From Chlorokybus atmophyticus (taxonomy: Eukaryota > Plantae > Mesostigma and Chlorokybus algae): 64,000 bases of DNA. Below are positions 40,001 to 53,778 of the stretch, piece by piece. Made by a program: the position numbers and the translations under genes. The first letter of the stretch is position 1; each line of letters begins with the position of its first letter. The DNA lies in NCBI GenBank assembly GCA_009103225.1, contig RHPI01002990.1, positions 312,223 to 376,222 of the forward strand, written 5' to 3'. The notes below the pieces were generated by a model. The model searched no databases. It was not told the origin of the DNA and worked only from the letters and a program-made list of their open reading frames with translations.

Positions 40001-40716
40001 TGCAAGGAAGCTCGATTGCGGGGTATGTATCGCAGTGGGAACTCGTACACAAATGTGTACAAGTGTCAAGAACGACTGGTGCTACCGGGCAGCTTGCAGG
40101 TGACCAAGCAAAGAACACCGCAGCTGCACTGCATGTAGCAGAGCAGTAACGAGTGCAAGGGACTGCGGGAAGAAACACTAAATGTGTAGTCTCCTTAGCT
40201 TGGTAAAAAGTAGTGATCACTTAAAAAGCTCCTGAACAAGGACGCTTGGAGAATGCACACAGCGGTCACGCAGTTTATGTGTGCGGGGATGGGTAGCTAA
40301 GTAAGACGAGATCACACTGTGCAAGCACCAAGCGTGCAGTTGCGAGCAAGCATAGTCACAAACGAACAGTGGGTGGGGTGCAAGCAAGAACTGCAGCAGT
40401 ATGCAGGTAGCAAATGCGATGGCCACAAGCATGAGAGTACACTTACAAGTGTTCGGGAAAGGCAAGTCCGGGGAATAACACTGTCTGTCGGAATAGCTGG
40501 TACGCTAACAACACATACAACCACCACTAAACTACTTGTACTGCTGAACTCTACTTCACTAAGCCTCGGGCGCTCATCGGCTCCAAGGTGGACCAACTGG
40601 TCAGTGTCAGTACCGCCAGCACCGCCACTTCTGTTCAAGTCCGTGTACTTGCAACTCATTGCCGACGCTTCGGGCGGGAATTGCCAAAGACGGTCGTCCA
40701 CGCGGCCCGCCGCCAT
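39700..40716 (-). CDS. Hypothetical small spliced gene upstream of CCaMK
   Basis: ATG 40716 lies in a GC-rich head. Exon 1 (MAAGRVDDRLWQFPPEASAMSCKY...RPRLSE) joins in phase to RTSYSDRQCYSPDLPFPNT, which has a strong GTAAGT donor. Later exons are ambiguous and no family was recognised. Confidence 0.35.
39917..39999. repeat. (GT)n microsatellite
   Basis: Read directly from the sequence. Confidence 0.97.
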
Positions 40717-42698
40717 AGGGACTGCACTATTAATGGAGGCCAGTGCTAGCAGTCGACTGTCACACGGCCTGCCGGCATAAGGATTGCGTCCTAAATGGCG
40801 GGTTTGAGACCAGCAGGTTGAACACGGATGGATCGATCCGGATGTAAATTGAGCAACACTAGTGTGTTACGGGGTGCAAGGGGGAAGTGCGTATCGAGGG
40901 TCACCACCATGACATGTGTGCGCTCGTGCGTGCGTGCGTGCATGCGTGCGTGCGTGCATGTGTGCGTGTAAAACATTATACTGTGTGTGCACAAAAATGT
41001 GCTTTGGATATTACGCATATATAGGTGCCTTAATCGTCTTTATTTGTTGCGGCTTGACAATAACCGTCTTATTGTCATAAGATTTAAAATCTTATGCTAT
41101 ATTGTATCACTACATTATTATGCAATATACCGTATATGTGCAAGCTGATACGCATATCAAAACATGCACATCTACGTCACAAACATTAATCACCTTTTGT
41201 AACATGTATATAGCATGCATTTTACCGATCCCGTCCTAACTTGATTGTATTGTACATACAGCACATGTGCAGCTAATCAACCACTTGAGCAATTCTGTCA
41301 CATCTTTGGATTTTTCCGCAATATATATGTATATATACATATGTGTATTTTTATGTATGTGTGTGTGTGAAGAGTACGATATCTTTGTGGTTCGCGGCGA
41401 TGCACTCAGAGTGACTTAATCATACCTCACTAAAAGCACACCATCGGTACCGAGCGGTGCCACGCAATGATGTGCTTGAACCAAGGTGTAAAAAATATGC
41501 AATGCTGTGCATGGTGTGCTGTATTCCGTCTTACTACCGCATAAACCGCTTGGTACGCACAATATGCAAAGTGCGAATCGCTAACATTAATATAACATGA
41601 CAATGTCAACCATATTAGAGTATTTTAATATGACTACTGATAACATGTACATCATTTCGATTATGTAATCTCCCTCTTTGTATGCATGAATAGGCTATCT
41701 TAGTTGTGGTGATAGAGTGTGCCAGTGCTTACATAAAGTCGTTATTTGGCTGGGAGATGTGTTCTTCCGCCAGATGTGCATACATAGCGGGTGTGCATGA
41801 TGGTAAAGTGCATACAGGGAGTTTAGACCATACTGGTCGCTGAAGTTCGAGTCATAGTATGCATTTTACACAACATGACTCGAGTTCCTGTTAGAACCAC
41901 ACGCATGGTTGAAGCTCCAACTTTGCGGTTTTCACAATTGGAAAACCACCTCCAGAACATGCCTTTACATGGTCCTCAACTCGTAATAGGGTACTTTGCT
42001 TTTTAGGCCCTTGTTGATTGCTTATCCGGCTGATTGCATTACGGACCGTCATTTACCCTAAAATACGGTAAGTCCCTTCCTTTTGGTTCTTTGGGGAGTT
42101 GTCGAGTCACACGGTCTTACGAAACTTTTTTCCCAACCACGCACCAAACGGCATCCCAGCCCGTCGGTTAGTTCACCACTTCAGGAGCACCGACCACCTT
42201 TCTCGCCGTTTCGCCCGACGGCCGCGCCGTTCGGAACGGCCGTTTCATGCATGGTTCATTCGTTGTTGTGGCGGACCGGCCTGCGAACATTGACAATTCC
42301 GACGGCTGTGATTTTGCCAGCAAATTTAGTTGCGCCCTTTTTCGTGCGACTTGTGCAAAATTAGGCAAGTTGCCCGCGGGCAACGTAGCAGGCTGCTCTG
42401 CAAGTTCTGTGATACGGCTGACGTCGCCATAGTGGTAGCGGCCGGCGACGGCGTTGGCGACGATGGCGCTGGCGAGGACGTTGGCGAGTTCGTTGTTGTG
42501 GTTACGGGCACGGTCGGGCAGGAGAGACTGATGCATCTGTCTTTTCACTGAAAACTTTTGGCCAGCTAGGCGCGGCGTGGCTGAGCTGCGTGGCCTGTCT
42601 CAACCCTACAATTGCGAGTGAAAGGAGGGCGTTAGTGAGGGTCGCTGGTCAGTTGAGCGGGGAAGGCAGGGAACAGAGAGGGTTGCTCTTTGCCTCCC

Positions 42699-45600
42699 AT
42701 GGCGAGCAATGGGACGTGCCCGCCCGCGATCAATACACTCACTAATACCAACGGCATTTTTGCTGGCGACGATCCTCTCATCTCCTCCGTCAACCTCCTC
42801 ATTGTGCAGGCAATGCTTACCTGCGTGGCCACGTAGTAAAGCAAGTGCCTTGCCCGTTGCGGCAATTGCTTATCTGGCTGTCAATTTTATAGAAGTTGTA
42901 GGTGTGGAAGCGTGCATGGTGCCATGATGTAACAACTTCTGCTGACTCTGTCTTGCTGGACTACACTGTGCAGATTATATTTATTGTGACCCTCAGCCGA
43001 CTGCTAGCATGGCTGCTGAAACCCTTGAGACAGCCGCGAGTGGTGGCGGAGGTCGTTGCAGGCATTTTGCTCGGACCTTCCGCGTTTGCCCGCATTGGCG
43101 GCTTCAAGGTGTGAATGACAATAGTTTGTCTTGCTGCCAATGCTATTGTTTACACAATGCCACATGCTATTGTTTACACAATGCCACATGTCATGCATCT
43201 TAATCTGAATGACCAGTGTTGTTTGCGATGCAGAAACACATCTTCCCCACCAACTCGTTGCCAATCTTGACGACTATTGCAAACATTGGGTTGATATACT
43301 TCATGTTCCTGCTTGGGCTGGAGCTGGACGGCAAAGGTTTGCTGAAGTCGGGAGTCAGGGCTGCAACAATTGCTGCGGCAAGCATCGCGCTACCGTTTGT
43401 GCTTAGCATACCTGCCAGCTATGCAGTTTACCACATTCTCGGCAGCGTGTCTGCCAGCTTCGGCAAATTTTTACTGGTGAGGATTGAGGGTAGAGAGAGC
43501 TTTGCATGCGTCGGCACGAATGTCAATTGTTGCAAGCAATATCGATCCTGCTTTGCTTGCAGTTTCAAGGCACGGCACTGTCTGTCACGGCGTTTCCCGT
43601 CCTAGCACGGATTCTTGCAGAGCGGAAGCTGCTCACGGTGCCCCTCGGTCAGCTGGCGATGGCGGTGGCAGCACTCGGTGCGTTCACTGAATACGCGAGG
43701 CTGTTGTTGTCGTGCGCGAAAATGATCACCTTATTCATGTCATCATTGGTTTGACACAACAAACTTACGCTCTGCTCACAGGCGATGTGGTGGCTTGGTG
43801 CCTGCTTGCTGTGACGATTGCGCTGTTGAAGTCCACCAGCAGCCCCATCATTGTGCTTTACACGTTGCTTTCTGGCATTGGAGCGTGCGCCTTCTGTTTC
43901 CTGGTGCTGTCACCTTTCTACCACAGGGTTGCTGCGCACTCACGCACTCAGGATGAAGCCAGTCAGCTGCTGGTGACGTTCACTTTGATGCTCGTGCTGG
44001 CGGGTGGGTTTTTCACCGATTTCATTGGCATCCACGCAATCTTTGGCGGCTTCTTGGTTGGACTGGTCATACCGCACGATTCTCTGTTTGCGGTTAACCT
44101 CACCAAGAAGATAGAGGACTTTGTGGTGAGTACGACTGAGGTTATTTCAATACTTGCCCATGACTTTTCCGTATACGCAGCCATCATCTTCCTCACTCGT
44201 TTTACTGATTCATTACTGATTCATTCATTTTGTCAACCGCAGAGCATAATCCTGCTACCACTGTATTTTGCATCATCCGGGCTTAAGACAGATGTAACTC
44301 AGCTTAATAGTGGGACGGCGGTGGGTATACTGGTTCTGATTGTGGCCGTAGCGTGCGTGGGAAAGATCCTTGGCGGCGCTCTATCAGCGCGGGCTTTTGG
44401 GGTGTCGTGGCGCGAGTCTTGGACACTCGGCATACTGGTTAACACAAAGGGTCTTGTGGAGCTGATTGTGCTCAACATTGGGTTAAACATTGGGGTGATT
44501 GACGTCCAACTGTTCACGATCATGGTTCTCATGGCCCTGATGACCACCTTCATGACCACACCCATAGTCATGGCAGTGTACAAACCTGCGCGTGACGCCA
44601 CAAAGGCCAAACGCTTGGGAGTGCCGGCCTCTGCTCCAGCTCTGGTTGGAGGTGAGAAAGCTGCACGCGCTTGCATTTCTGCACACCATCAAGCTGTGCT
44701 TAACGGGTTTCTTTTGCTTCGCAGGTGATGATGCACAGCTTCGGATGTTGGTGTGCTTATACAACTTAAACACTGTGCCGGGCATGAGCAGTATTGCAGA
44801 GTTGTCTAGAGGCCGCAGCAAGGTTGCACTGAAAGTGCACTCCCTCCGGTTGGTCGAGCTCTCCGATCGCCCCTCTGCTATCATGCAAATGCAAGGGCGC
44901 TTGCGTGAGATGTTCTTGCGCAAGGATCCCGTGTCCAGCGCGTTCCAGTCTTACGCGCAATTTCACAAGCTTAACTTTCGCTCCGTTGTGGCCGTATCTC
45001 CTGTCAAGGATATGCACGAAGATATCTTGAGTCTGGCAACGGCCAAGCATAGCAACGTTATCATACTGCCTTACCCGTTTGGCCGCCGCATTGATGGCGT
45101 GATAGACACTTTCAGGCTTGACCTTCACCTGGTGACTCTGCAAGTGCTGCAGTCAGCGCCATGCTCGGTGAGTAGAGACACATGTGCACAGCTTAGTTGG
45201 GTGCTGTGGCCTTGCGATGTGAGAGAGAGAAGGAGGCGTTTTGGGGGCTCATGTTGTTGCCTGTGCAGTTGGGCATTCTTGTAGACAATGGATTCAGCGA
45301 ACTACCATACGAGGACTCTCGCAGCGTCCTGGTGCTTTTCTTTGGCGGTGCAGATGACCGCGAGGCCCTCTGCTTGGCCAGCCGCATGGGCCAACACCCA
45401 CGCGCATCTGTGGTGTGTGTTCGTTTCGTGCTTGCTCGGCAGCGCACCACCAACGCTTCCGGCAAGGACTTTTCCACAGGTACCCTCACAAGTTGTGAAT
45501 CATAAAGCACTCAATGTGTCAACGCAGTAGAGTGTGCAGTGCGTACTACCGAGCTTCAAACTCTGTCCTGCAGTCAGACTGAGGGGCCATTCCCGCCACA

Positions 45601-46608
45601 ACTCCCAAGATGTGACTGTGGAGGCGGACCCGCTGCGCGAGGATACTGAGCGTATCAAGGATGATGCAGTCCTGGCTTCAATTGCTGCTGACGCCGAGCG
45701 TGACATAGTGCATGCCCAGAAGCCCCGCGTTCAGCTCCAGACAGTGAACATCTCCTTGGCCGAGGTGAGACGCATATGGCCGCGGTGCATGTTGTGACCA
45801 AGAGTTCAAGGCCAACATTAGCATGCATGAAGTTGGTTGATTTTCTCCAGGACTCAAAGCTTGATACAGTTCTTTGTTGTTGTTATCAGGACCCAGCCAG
45901 TGCTGTGCTGCGGACTGTCCGCTCAGCAACAAGCCACCTGGTGATGTGTGGCCGTAGTCAAAACCCAGCGCTCATCCCGTCGTCGGCGTCTGAGTTGCGT
46001 GTGCGCAGCTTCACCGCCAGGACTATGAACATCGATTCCAAAATGGAGCTTGGCGTTGTGGGCTCCCTTCTAGTAGCAGGTGATCCATTCTGTCAGTCTG
46101 ATCAAGCGTGCCTTAGCAACTACGTGCATGCATGACAAGAACATGGCGATATTCCCTCGTTCAGCCATGCACATGTCTATCTATGCATGCATTGATGCAT
46201 ACAAGCGCACATCGCACATTAATGCGATTTCTGCTGAAGGTTTGCACCGGTGACATGGCTTAATGGTGTCGTGCAGAGGACTCAGGGGTGACGGCCTCGG
46301 TGCTTGTTGTCAAGCAGCCCGAGGACCTGGGCACCAGCAACATTGAGGACGTTTGCCTTCGCCAGAGCGCCGAAGACGCGCAGCGAAGCCTGCCGCACCC
46401 GAGCACGGGCTTGGCTGGTGCTGATGTCAAGCCCCCTCAGCTCCTCCTCCGCACGCCCGAACTTGGCTCAATACGGCCCGCAAGTTTTGAGGTCGAGGAC
46501 CAGTCACCTGACCACAACGCGCCACCCACGTTTCAGCTTGACGGGGAAGTTGTCCGTGTCCCCGTCAAGCACAACCCTCCACATCCGCTGCCTTCACCAC
46601 AACAATAA
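42699..46608 (+). CDS. CHX: Plant-type cation/H+ exchanger (CHX, CPA2 family)
   Basis: MASNGTCPP...NGIFAGDDPL, LLKPLRQPRVVAEVVAGILLGPS, FMFLLGLELD, LSVTAFPVLARILAE, GIHAIFGGFLVGL, LLPLYFASSGLKTD, NTKGLVELIVLNIG. Cytosolic tail HSLRLVELSDRPS...VLQSAPCSV...FFGGADDREAL...ELGVVGSLL. Confidence 0.95.
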
Positions 46609-47193
46609 CCAAGCCGGCATGCGTGCGTCCGCTCACAAACTGCGCATGTTGTTGCATTGCTACCAACAGGCTTGTGTCAAGCCTTTGTACGAGGATTCCA
46701 AGAGGACACATTGTGTATATGCCTGCGTGTTGTGTGTGTATAGTTTGTAGCCTCATTTACAGGATATCATGCCCACCATTTTTTCCAAAAAGAGCAGGCA
46801 CTCCAGGTGCCCGAATGGCGTGTTTGTTCAATTGCGTTGTGCACGACTCATCCAGTAGTTGTTAGCCAACCCGCGTTTGCCCATTGCGGGCCTGTGTTGG
46901 CCATCCCGGCAATACTTGGTTGATATTGAACCTTGCGACTGCACAAGTGTTGTGCAGTCCAGTAAGCCTGCATGAATGCAATGTGCTTCTTTTTCTAGCA
47001 AGCCTTGCTGCAAGCCACAAAAGGCGCAGCATGAGGACTTCTGGTCTGCTCGTTGACAACGTGTGTGGCATTGTAATAGCCTGGCTATCCTCAATACCAT
47101 GCTGCAGTAATTCTATTCGACATCCATTGTACATAAGGTGTAAGCTACTATGAGCAGTTAAAACCACTGCTGTGCATAGAGACGTTAGAAGAT

Positions 47194-47591
<398 letters not shown>

Positions 47592-47960
47592 CGGAGTGTA
47601 GAAAATTAGGAGGCCCTGGGTGTCGTGGAAGCTGTCCCTGCCTGTCTGCCGGTGTAGGGAGTGTTGACATGGCTGCGTGCTTGCTGCCATAGCTAAGCAT
47701 GCTGCTCATCACACACAGTGCCTGCTGCTGGCATGCACAAACGCTTGCCAGCAGCTGGACAGGCGTCGCCAGGCAATCATTATGCGCCGATATCAGTAGA
47801 TGTATGCTACAATTGACCTTTGTTCCTATCTATCTTCGAAGCAGTAGTAGCTTGAGACGAGTGGGTGTTGTCAGTCTGGGCTCAGCTTGCCCAGTGGGGC
47901 GGCGGGTGCCCGGCGGCGAGCAGAAGGAGGAGAAAGAGGTTAATCTGGTCAAGTGGGATC

Positions 47961-50900
47961 ATGGGAGCGGCTGAGTCCCACCAGAACCCAGCCACCGAGG
48001 ACTACTCGCGGGCTGCCAGGTGGGTTGTTGCTGTCGTTGCTGACGTTGTTGTTGAGGTTGAGGTTGTTGGCGGTGGCGTTGTGTCGTGCCATGGCACCAT
48101 GTTACGAGCCAAACACGACAGCACCAACAGAGCTGGTAGTGGTGTATCCATGTTTGTCTTGCATGCTGTTGTCTGGGCTGTCTGGCAACGTCAAACAGGC
48201 CAAGTACGCTGCGTCTTTGCATAGGGTTCACCGGTTTAGGGTTTGCTGCTGCTGCCAACAGCAGTTGGCTGGTTTGTATGTCAAGTGGCTGTTATCTCAT
48301 GTCTGTTTCTGTTTTACTTTGGCCTAACGTTTCCTCTATTGTTGTTCACTAGATGTCTTTGGGGCTTTTGTTACGTGTTACTGATTGTTCTTCCTGCTCA
48401 TATTGGCAGGCAGCTCTCTTTACTTACGTACTGACTGACTTCACACCACCGTGAAGCAGTGCTTTATGCATGCATGTATGTTTTCATGCAGGCGACTGGA
48501 CTCTGCTGAGCTCTCTGGCGTGAAAGAGCTGTACCACAAGCTAGCCGCTCGCGACAAAGAGACTCATAACAAAGAAGCACCAGCTGGCTCCGGTGTCTCT
48601 GCCAGAGCATTCAAGGTATTGGATTGCTGTTGCTGCTATTGTTTTGCACACCTACAACGCAAATCGTCGATCAGTTGCCTATACCATGTTACTTGATAAG
48701 GTGGTTGTGTCATGTGTGTTTGTCCTTAAGTTCCATTCTCTCTGTGGCAGCTGTTCTTCCAGCTGGAAGGGCAGCTCGGGTTCCGGCTATTCACACTTCT
48801 TGCGCGCAACCGCACTGAGGGTGGCATCACTTTTCAAGACCTCGTCATCGCAAAGGCAAGACATAGCGCACTGCCACATACACATACACACGCACACGCG
48901 GACATGCATGCATGCTTAACTTGATGTATACGCCTGCACACACGCGTGCATGCACGCACGCACGCACGCATGCTTCTCATGGTTATCTCATGGTTGATGT
49001 TGTGTGTGCAGTCGGTGCTTGAGAGTAGCGACCCTGAGGAGTCTCAGAAGTACGCATATCAGATACTGGACGTGAACGGCGATGGGCCCGTGACACGCGA
49101 CAACGTGCACGTGGTGGTCGGGGAGCTCATGCGCGAGGCGTGCGGCTGCAGTCCCAGCTATGAGTCGCTGGACGCCATAGTGCGGTCTGCCTTTGTCTGC
49201 ACTGTGCCAGGTACAGCAGTGTGTTGATGCACATGTGCTTGTGCGTGTGCGTGGTCGCCAGCGAGCAGGCAGCGCTCTGCAAGTATGTAAACCTGCTTGC
49301 GGTATGTGTACGGCCTCGAGGTCGAGTGCGTAGGAGCTGTAACCGCACACGTGCACACATCATTACCATTGTGCGCATGTTGTATGCATGTAGATGTTGG
49401 GTACACATACGCAGAAAGGATGTGTCACGCTCTACTATTGTAAACATATCGGCGATTGTTACATGCCATGGTTGGTGGCAGGCAGCCATAGCGTCGGGCA
49501 CGAGGTGCTCACGCTTGAGTTGTACAAGGCATGGATAACCAGCGTACCCGCGGTACATAAAGCCCTGACTTTATTACTCACAGAACCAGGTGAGAAAACG
49601 CATACCAACAATAAAATCATGCGTGTGGGTCGTTGAAACACCGTCATCAACCCCTTGCTCAGGACAGCGATGGCCGCTCCCGCGGTTATGCACCATCGAC
49701 GGGCAACCACTTCAAACATCAATGTGCGGCGTTCCTGCCGATTCATTGATCATGAGGTGTGTGTTAATGTTTGGGTAGCTACAGTTTTCTTGTGTGTTTG
49801 TTGTAACACATCATGTTGTGTACAGGCCTGAGTATGCGTGGCAGCTGGCGGCTGCTCTGAGGAGAGATCAGTGCGAGTGCTGGCGATTGCTTTATTCAAG
49901 CACGCAGCATGGGACGAGCTTCGCCCGCCTACTTGCACAAACAAGCGAAAGGTACATACAAAGTTTTGTCTGTCGGGGTGCGCATTACGTGTGATATTTG
50001 GGTGGTGGTGGTGGCGAGGGGGGGGGGGGTATATGTTTGACTGCGTGAAGGTGTGAGTATGCCAGCTAGCATCGCCAGGCTTTTACTGTCAAAGTGTGCC
50101 ACTGGATTCAACCAGGGCTGTCTGCTCACTTCACTAGTATTGAAATGAAGAGTGTTAGCTGCTAGTGAATGCATGCTACGTAGGCGCTCCAGTAATGGTT
50201 GGAACACCTTCGCAGTATGTGTTCATAAGCAGCGAGCATGGTATTTGAAGTTTTTATTTGCCCTGTGTGTGCCGGTGTTGAGCTTGTTCACACAAGCATG
50301 TGCATGTACACACGACTGACTGCTGATAGACATGCGTAAGTGTGCAACCTTGTTGCCATATGTCTATACACGTTTCTCTGCCCCTAGTCTGGCGCAGGTC
50401 CCAACAATAATGATGATCAAAGAGAGCGGGAGCGGGTACGTGTTTGGCGGTTTTGGGTCGGCGCCGTGGACGAAGCACAGCGACTTCTATGGTGACATGC
50501 ACTCGTTCGTCTTCAGCCTGCTCCCTGTTGCGGCCATCTACAAACCCACGGGCTTCAATGAGAACTTCCAGTGGTGCGCCGTCAACTTCCAGTCTGAACA
50601 GATTCCCAATGGCATCGGCTTTGGAGGGAAAGTAAGTGGCTGATGTATATTCATGGTGGGTAAATCATGTGCGGCGTGTTGCACACGTTGCTGTTGGCAC
50701 TATTGCGTTCATGCTGATGACCACCTGCAGTGAGCTCTGTGCTTAGCACGCACTGGCACCCTGCCTACAAGCGTACACATAGTATGATATGCTCAGACAC
50801 ACATATGCATCTTCCAGTCATATGCACGCACGCACGCGCATGACAGCTACACCACGTGTGATGACCTTGTCATTGATGTCTTATGCAACCTCCTGTCCAG

Positions 50901-51194
50901 GCTGGGCATTTTGGCCTGTTCATCAGTGAATCCTTCGAAAATGGTGTGTCGAGGCCGAGCGCGACATTTGACAGTCCGTGTCTAAGTTCGCACGCAAAGT
51001 TCTCCTTTTCTGCCATAGAAATATGGGCGGTGGAGCTGCCTGAGAGTATGAAAGGCTTGGCAAATCTCTCTTCAAGATCGTCTGAGTCAGTACTCGAGCG
51101 GTTCAAAGAGGACCAGCACGTCCTCAACATGCTCGGCATCGGTGGACATAGCCAAAATGTTGGGCCCGTGCCGCCTTTTGAGGAGGATGGGTGA
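47961..51194 (+). CDS. N-myristoylation-motif EF-hand plus TLDc-domain protein (TLDC1/MEAK7-like)
   Basis: MGAAES start (G2, S6). ITFQDLVIAK|SVLESSDPEESQKYAYQILDVNGDG. WRLLYSSTQHGTSF, IKESGSGYVFGGFGSAPWTKHSDFYGD, PNGIGFGGK, HFGLFISESFENG...ATFDSPCLS. Confidence 0.9.
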
Positions 51195-51699
51195 TGTGGA
51201 TGGTGCTGGTCATGTTTTGATATTTGCATTTTCATAGTTTTGTAGTACCTGGTTAGGTGGCTGGTTAGAAAACTGGGTGTCTTATTGGTGATACCGAGCG
51301 CCATGTAGAATTGAATACCGCAGCTGTGGTACAAATGTACATACTTGCTGGAATGAGCCTATGTATGAATAGATGAGTCTTTTGTGGAGGGTTGTACTGA
51401 ATCAAGGTTGCTGTAGTTTTGCAATCTGGAGCTGCTCTAGTGTGGTGATTGTGAGCCAAGTTGTGGTGGTCTTTCGCTCAAATTGCTTGCATCTGCAGGT
51501 TTTGCACAACACACGTGGTGCAGGTGACAACCACTGCCGTGTTAGTCATGCATGCATGACTAACAGGGAGGGCAGTAAAAGTAGTAGCGTTAAGGTAGGG
51601 AGTAGAGTTAGCCCGGTGGTCGTGTATGCAACGTGCAGGTGCGTTGGGTTGCTTGCATGTGGTTGATGCTGTGCGAATGTGGCTATCATTTGCTCGCAT

Positions 51700-53560
51700 G
51701 TCCTGTACACTTCTTTTACCACTGTCGTGACAACACTCGAGACCAGGAGTTGTTGTAGAGCGCAGACCACAGTTGGCAGGTTGTTCGTGTAAACAAGCCT
51801 CACCACGAATCGCTTACTCCAATCTTACTCCAGATGAGCGTGGTTCAGTGGTAGGGGTAATCACTTAACCGCACGGATACCACAATTGTTTTTAGTGCTC
51901 TTTTCCCATTCTGAACAAGAGTTTGTTACCACATTGACAGTGGCTTTGCCGTCCTTGTCGTGGTAGAGCAGACTCGTGACAATGACCAGCATAGCCAGCG
52001 CGTACTTTGTTATGTCGGGAAGGTGCTTGCGGTCCTTCTCATATGCATCGTGTAACCGCCGAAAGCACTGCACGTGCGTAAGCATGTTCTTGTTGCAGTT
52101 ACGTTGTAATACAATACTTGTTGGGAAGTTGTGTGTGTATGTGTATGTGAAGTGCAGCATATGCACCCTGCATCACCCGGCAAAAAAAAGGAAGGCAGCC
52201 GACAATGTAGCTAAAGTTTGGAAATACGGGATCCTCCATGATGGTGCGGAAGTTGCGCGTGGCGTACTTCCCGCCAACATAGTAGCACACACTAGATTGC
52301 AAGCCATACAGAAATCTAACCTGCAAACAACACATTTGGAATTCACGTGTATCGCACGCACACGCACACGCACACGCACACGCACACGCACACGCACCTG
52401 GCTAGTGAGCTCACCCAGGAACTTACCCCTAGTAAGACAAGAGGGATGATGTCGGCTGAGTCGGCACCGAGGCGAAACCAATTGGAAACTGCTCTGAATG
52501 AGCACCTGTAGACCTGCTCTCCCAACAGAGGGGCAATGCAAGCTGCCACAAAACACAGCACCTCCACGTGGCCGTGTGTGCGTGCGCGTACGTTCATGAG
52601 TGCGCACACGTCAGTGCGTGGGTGCAAGATATACGCGCAATGTCCACAATGCCAGGTTGGTCGACACGCGCGCGCATGCCCGCACCTCTTGAGGCCGGAG
52701 TACGGTTGCTAAGTGGAAGTTGATTATGAACGGGTAACTGATTTCGCACCGCATGAACACCGTCAGGTTGACGCCGTGTAAGTAGTAGAGGTGTAGCATG
52801 AGTAGGATAAGCTCGCGGTAGAACGGGAACATCGCCTCGTAATAGAACGGCGCAACCGCGTAATACGTGGAGTAGTTGATGACAAGCAACACCATCACAA
52901 GACACACCCGGTCGGTGAACCCAACAATCCCACCCAACAAGAAAGCAAACAGCTGGCCTGTCTTGCGCTCGTTTAGCTTGAGAATCCGCATCGCCTGCTT
53001 GTGTTCGTTGTGTGTTAAGCGTGAGGCAAAGTCGGCTTCGATTGTCCTCATGATGTGCTGCACCTGCGTGGGCTTCAGCACAACACTTGTTGTATCGTGA
53101 AGCTGTTCGGGCAAGCATGCGTTGGAGCAACGCGTGCGCAAGTGTGCATTTGATTACGACACAACAATTACGTTTAATCCTGCAGGTGCCGAAGCAGTTC
53201 TTGCCTGGAAGTGGGCTTAGGATACAGCAGCCATGTGGACGTTGCGTGTGTTGCACGCGTCGAAGAGCTTGTCATGTTTCTTCAGGACCTCGCAGATGGC
53301 CAGGTGCGCTGGGCACCAAGAAGTTGTACAGAAACTCCAGCTCTTTTAATGCCAGCTTCTGCCAACCCCCTCCCTCCCTCACTCCGCCCAACTTGTTGAC
53401 GCCTTGTTCGTGTGGACACGTCAAGAATGGGTGCAATGCTCGACACACGCACATCTATGCGTTGGCTTGCGGTGTATTGCTGCTGCTCTTGTTGCTGCTG
53501 TTGCTGGATGTTGACATGGAGCTCGGCTTGTCCCCAAGCACAACCACTGCACAGTGATAG
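51700..53560 (-). pseudogene. Decayed SPX-EXS phosphate exporter (PHO1/XPR1/SYG1-like)
   Basis: Remnants: LKELEFLYNF / HLAICEVLKKHDK (SPX, frameshifted), FLLGGIVG...MFPFYRELILL..YLHGVNLTVF, FLGELTSQV, VCYY...IVGCLPFFCRVMQ|CFRRLHD...KYALAML. In-frame TAA at 53217-53219, at least two frameshifts, a GG instead of GT donor at 52166-52167, and no SPX N-terminus found. Confidence 0.7.
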
Positions 53561-53648
53561 GCAATTGTGACACGCAGTGTTGGCATAGTAAGAGACACTG
53601 TGTCTCAGCAAAGTCTCTGGTGTGACAGTAGAAGTAATGCAGCGACAC

Positions 53649-53778
<130 letters not shown>

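Noticed and set aside
42330-42551. CDLCK...LCKFCD resembling a B-box zinc finger upstream of CHX
   Set aside because: No ATG, the central Cys/Asp and His ligands are missing, and the spacing is wrong. Probably chance.
53217-53219. In-frame TAA as a sign of a TAR-to-Gln genetic code
   Set aside because: Several intact genes here end at TAA or TAG at the expected C-termini (MoaD GG*, EngB, MPP9-like), and the same locus also has frameshifts.
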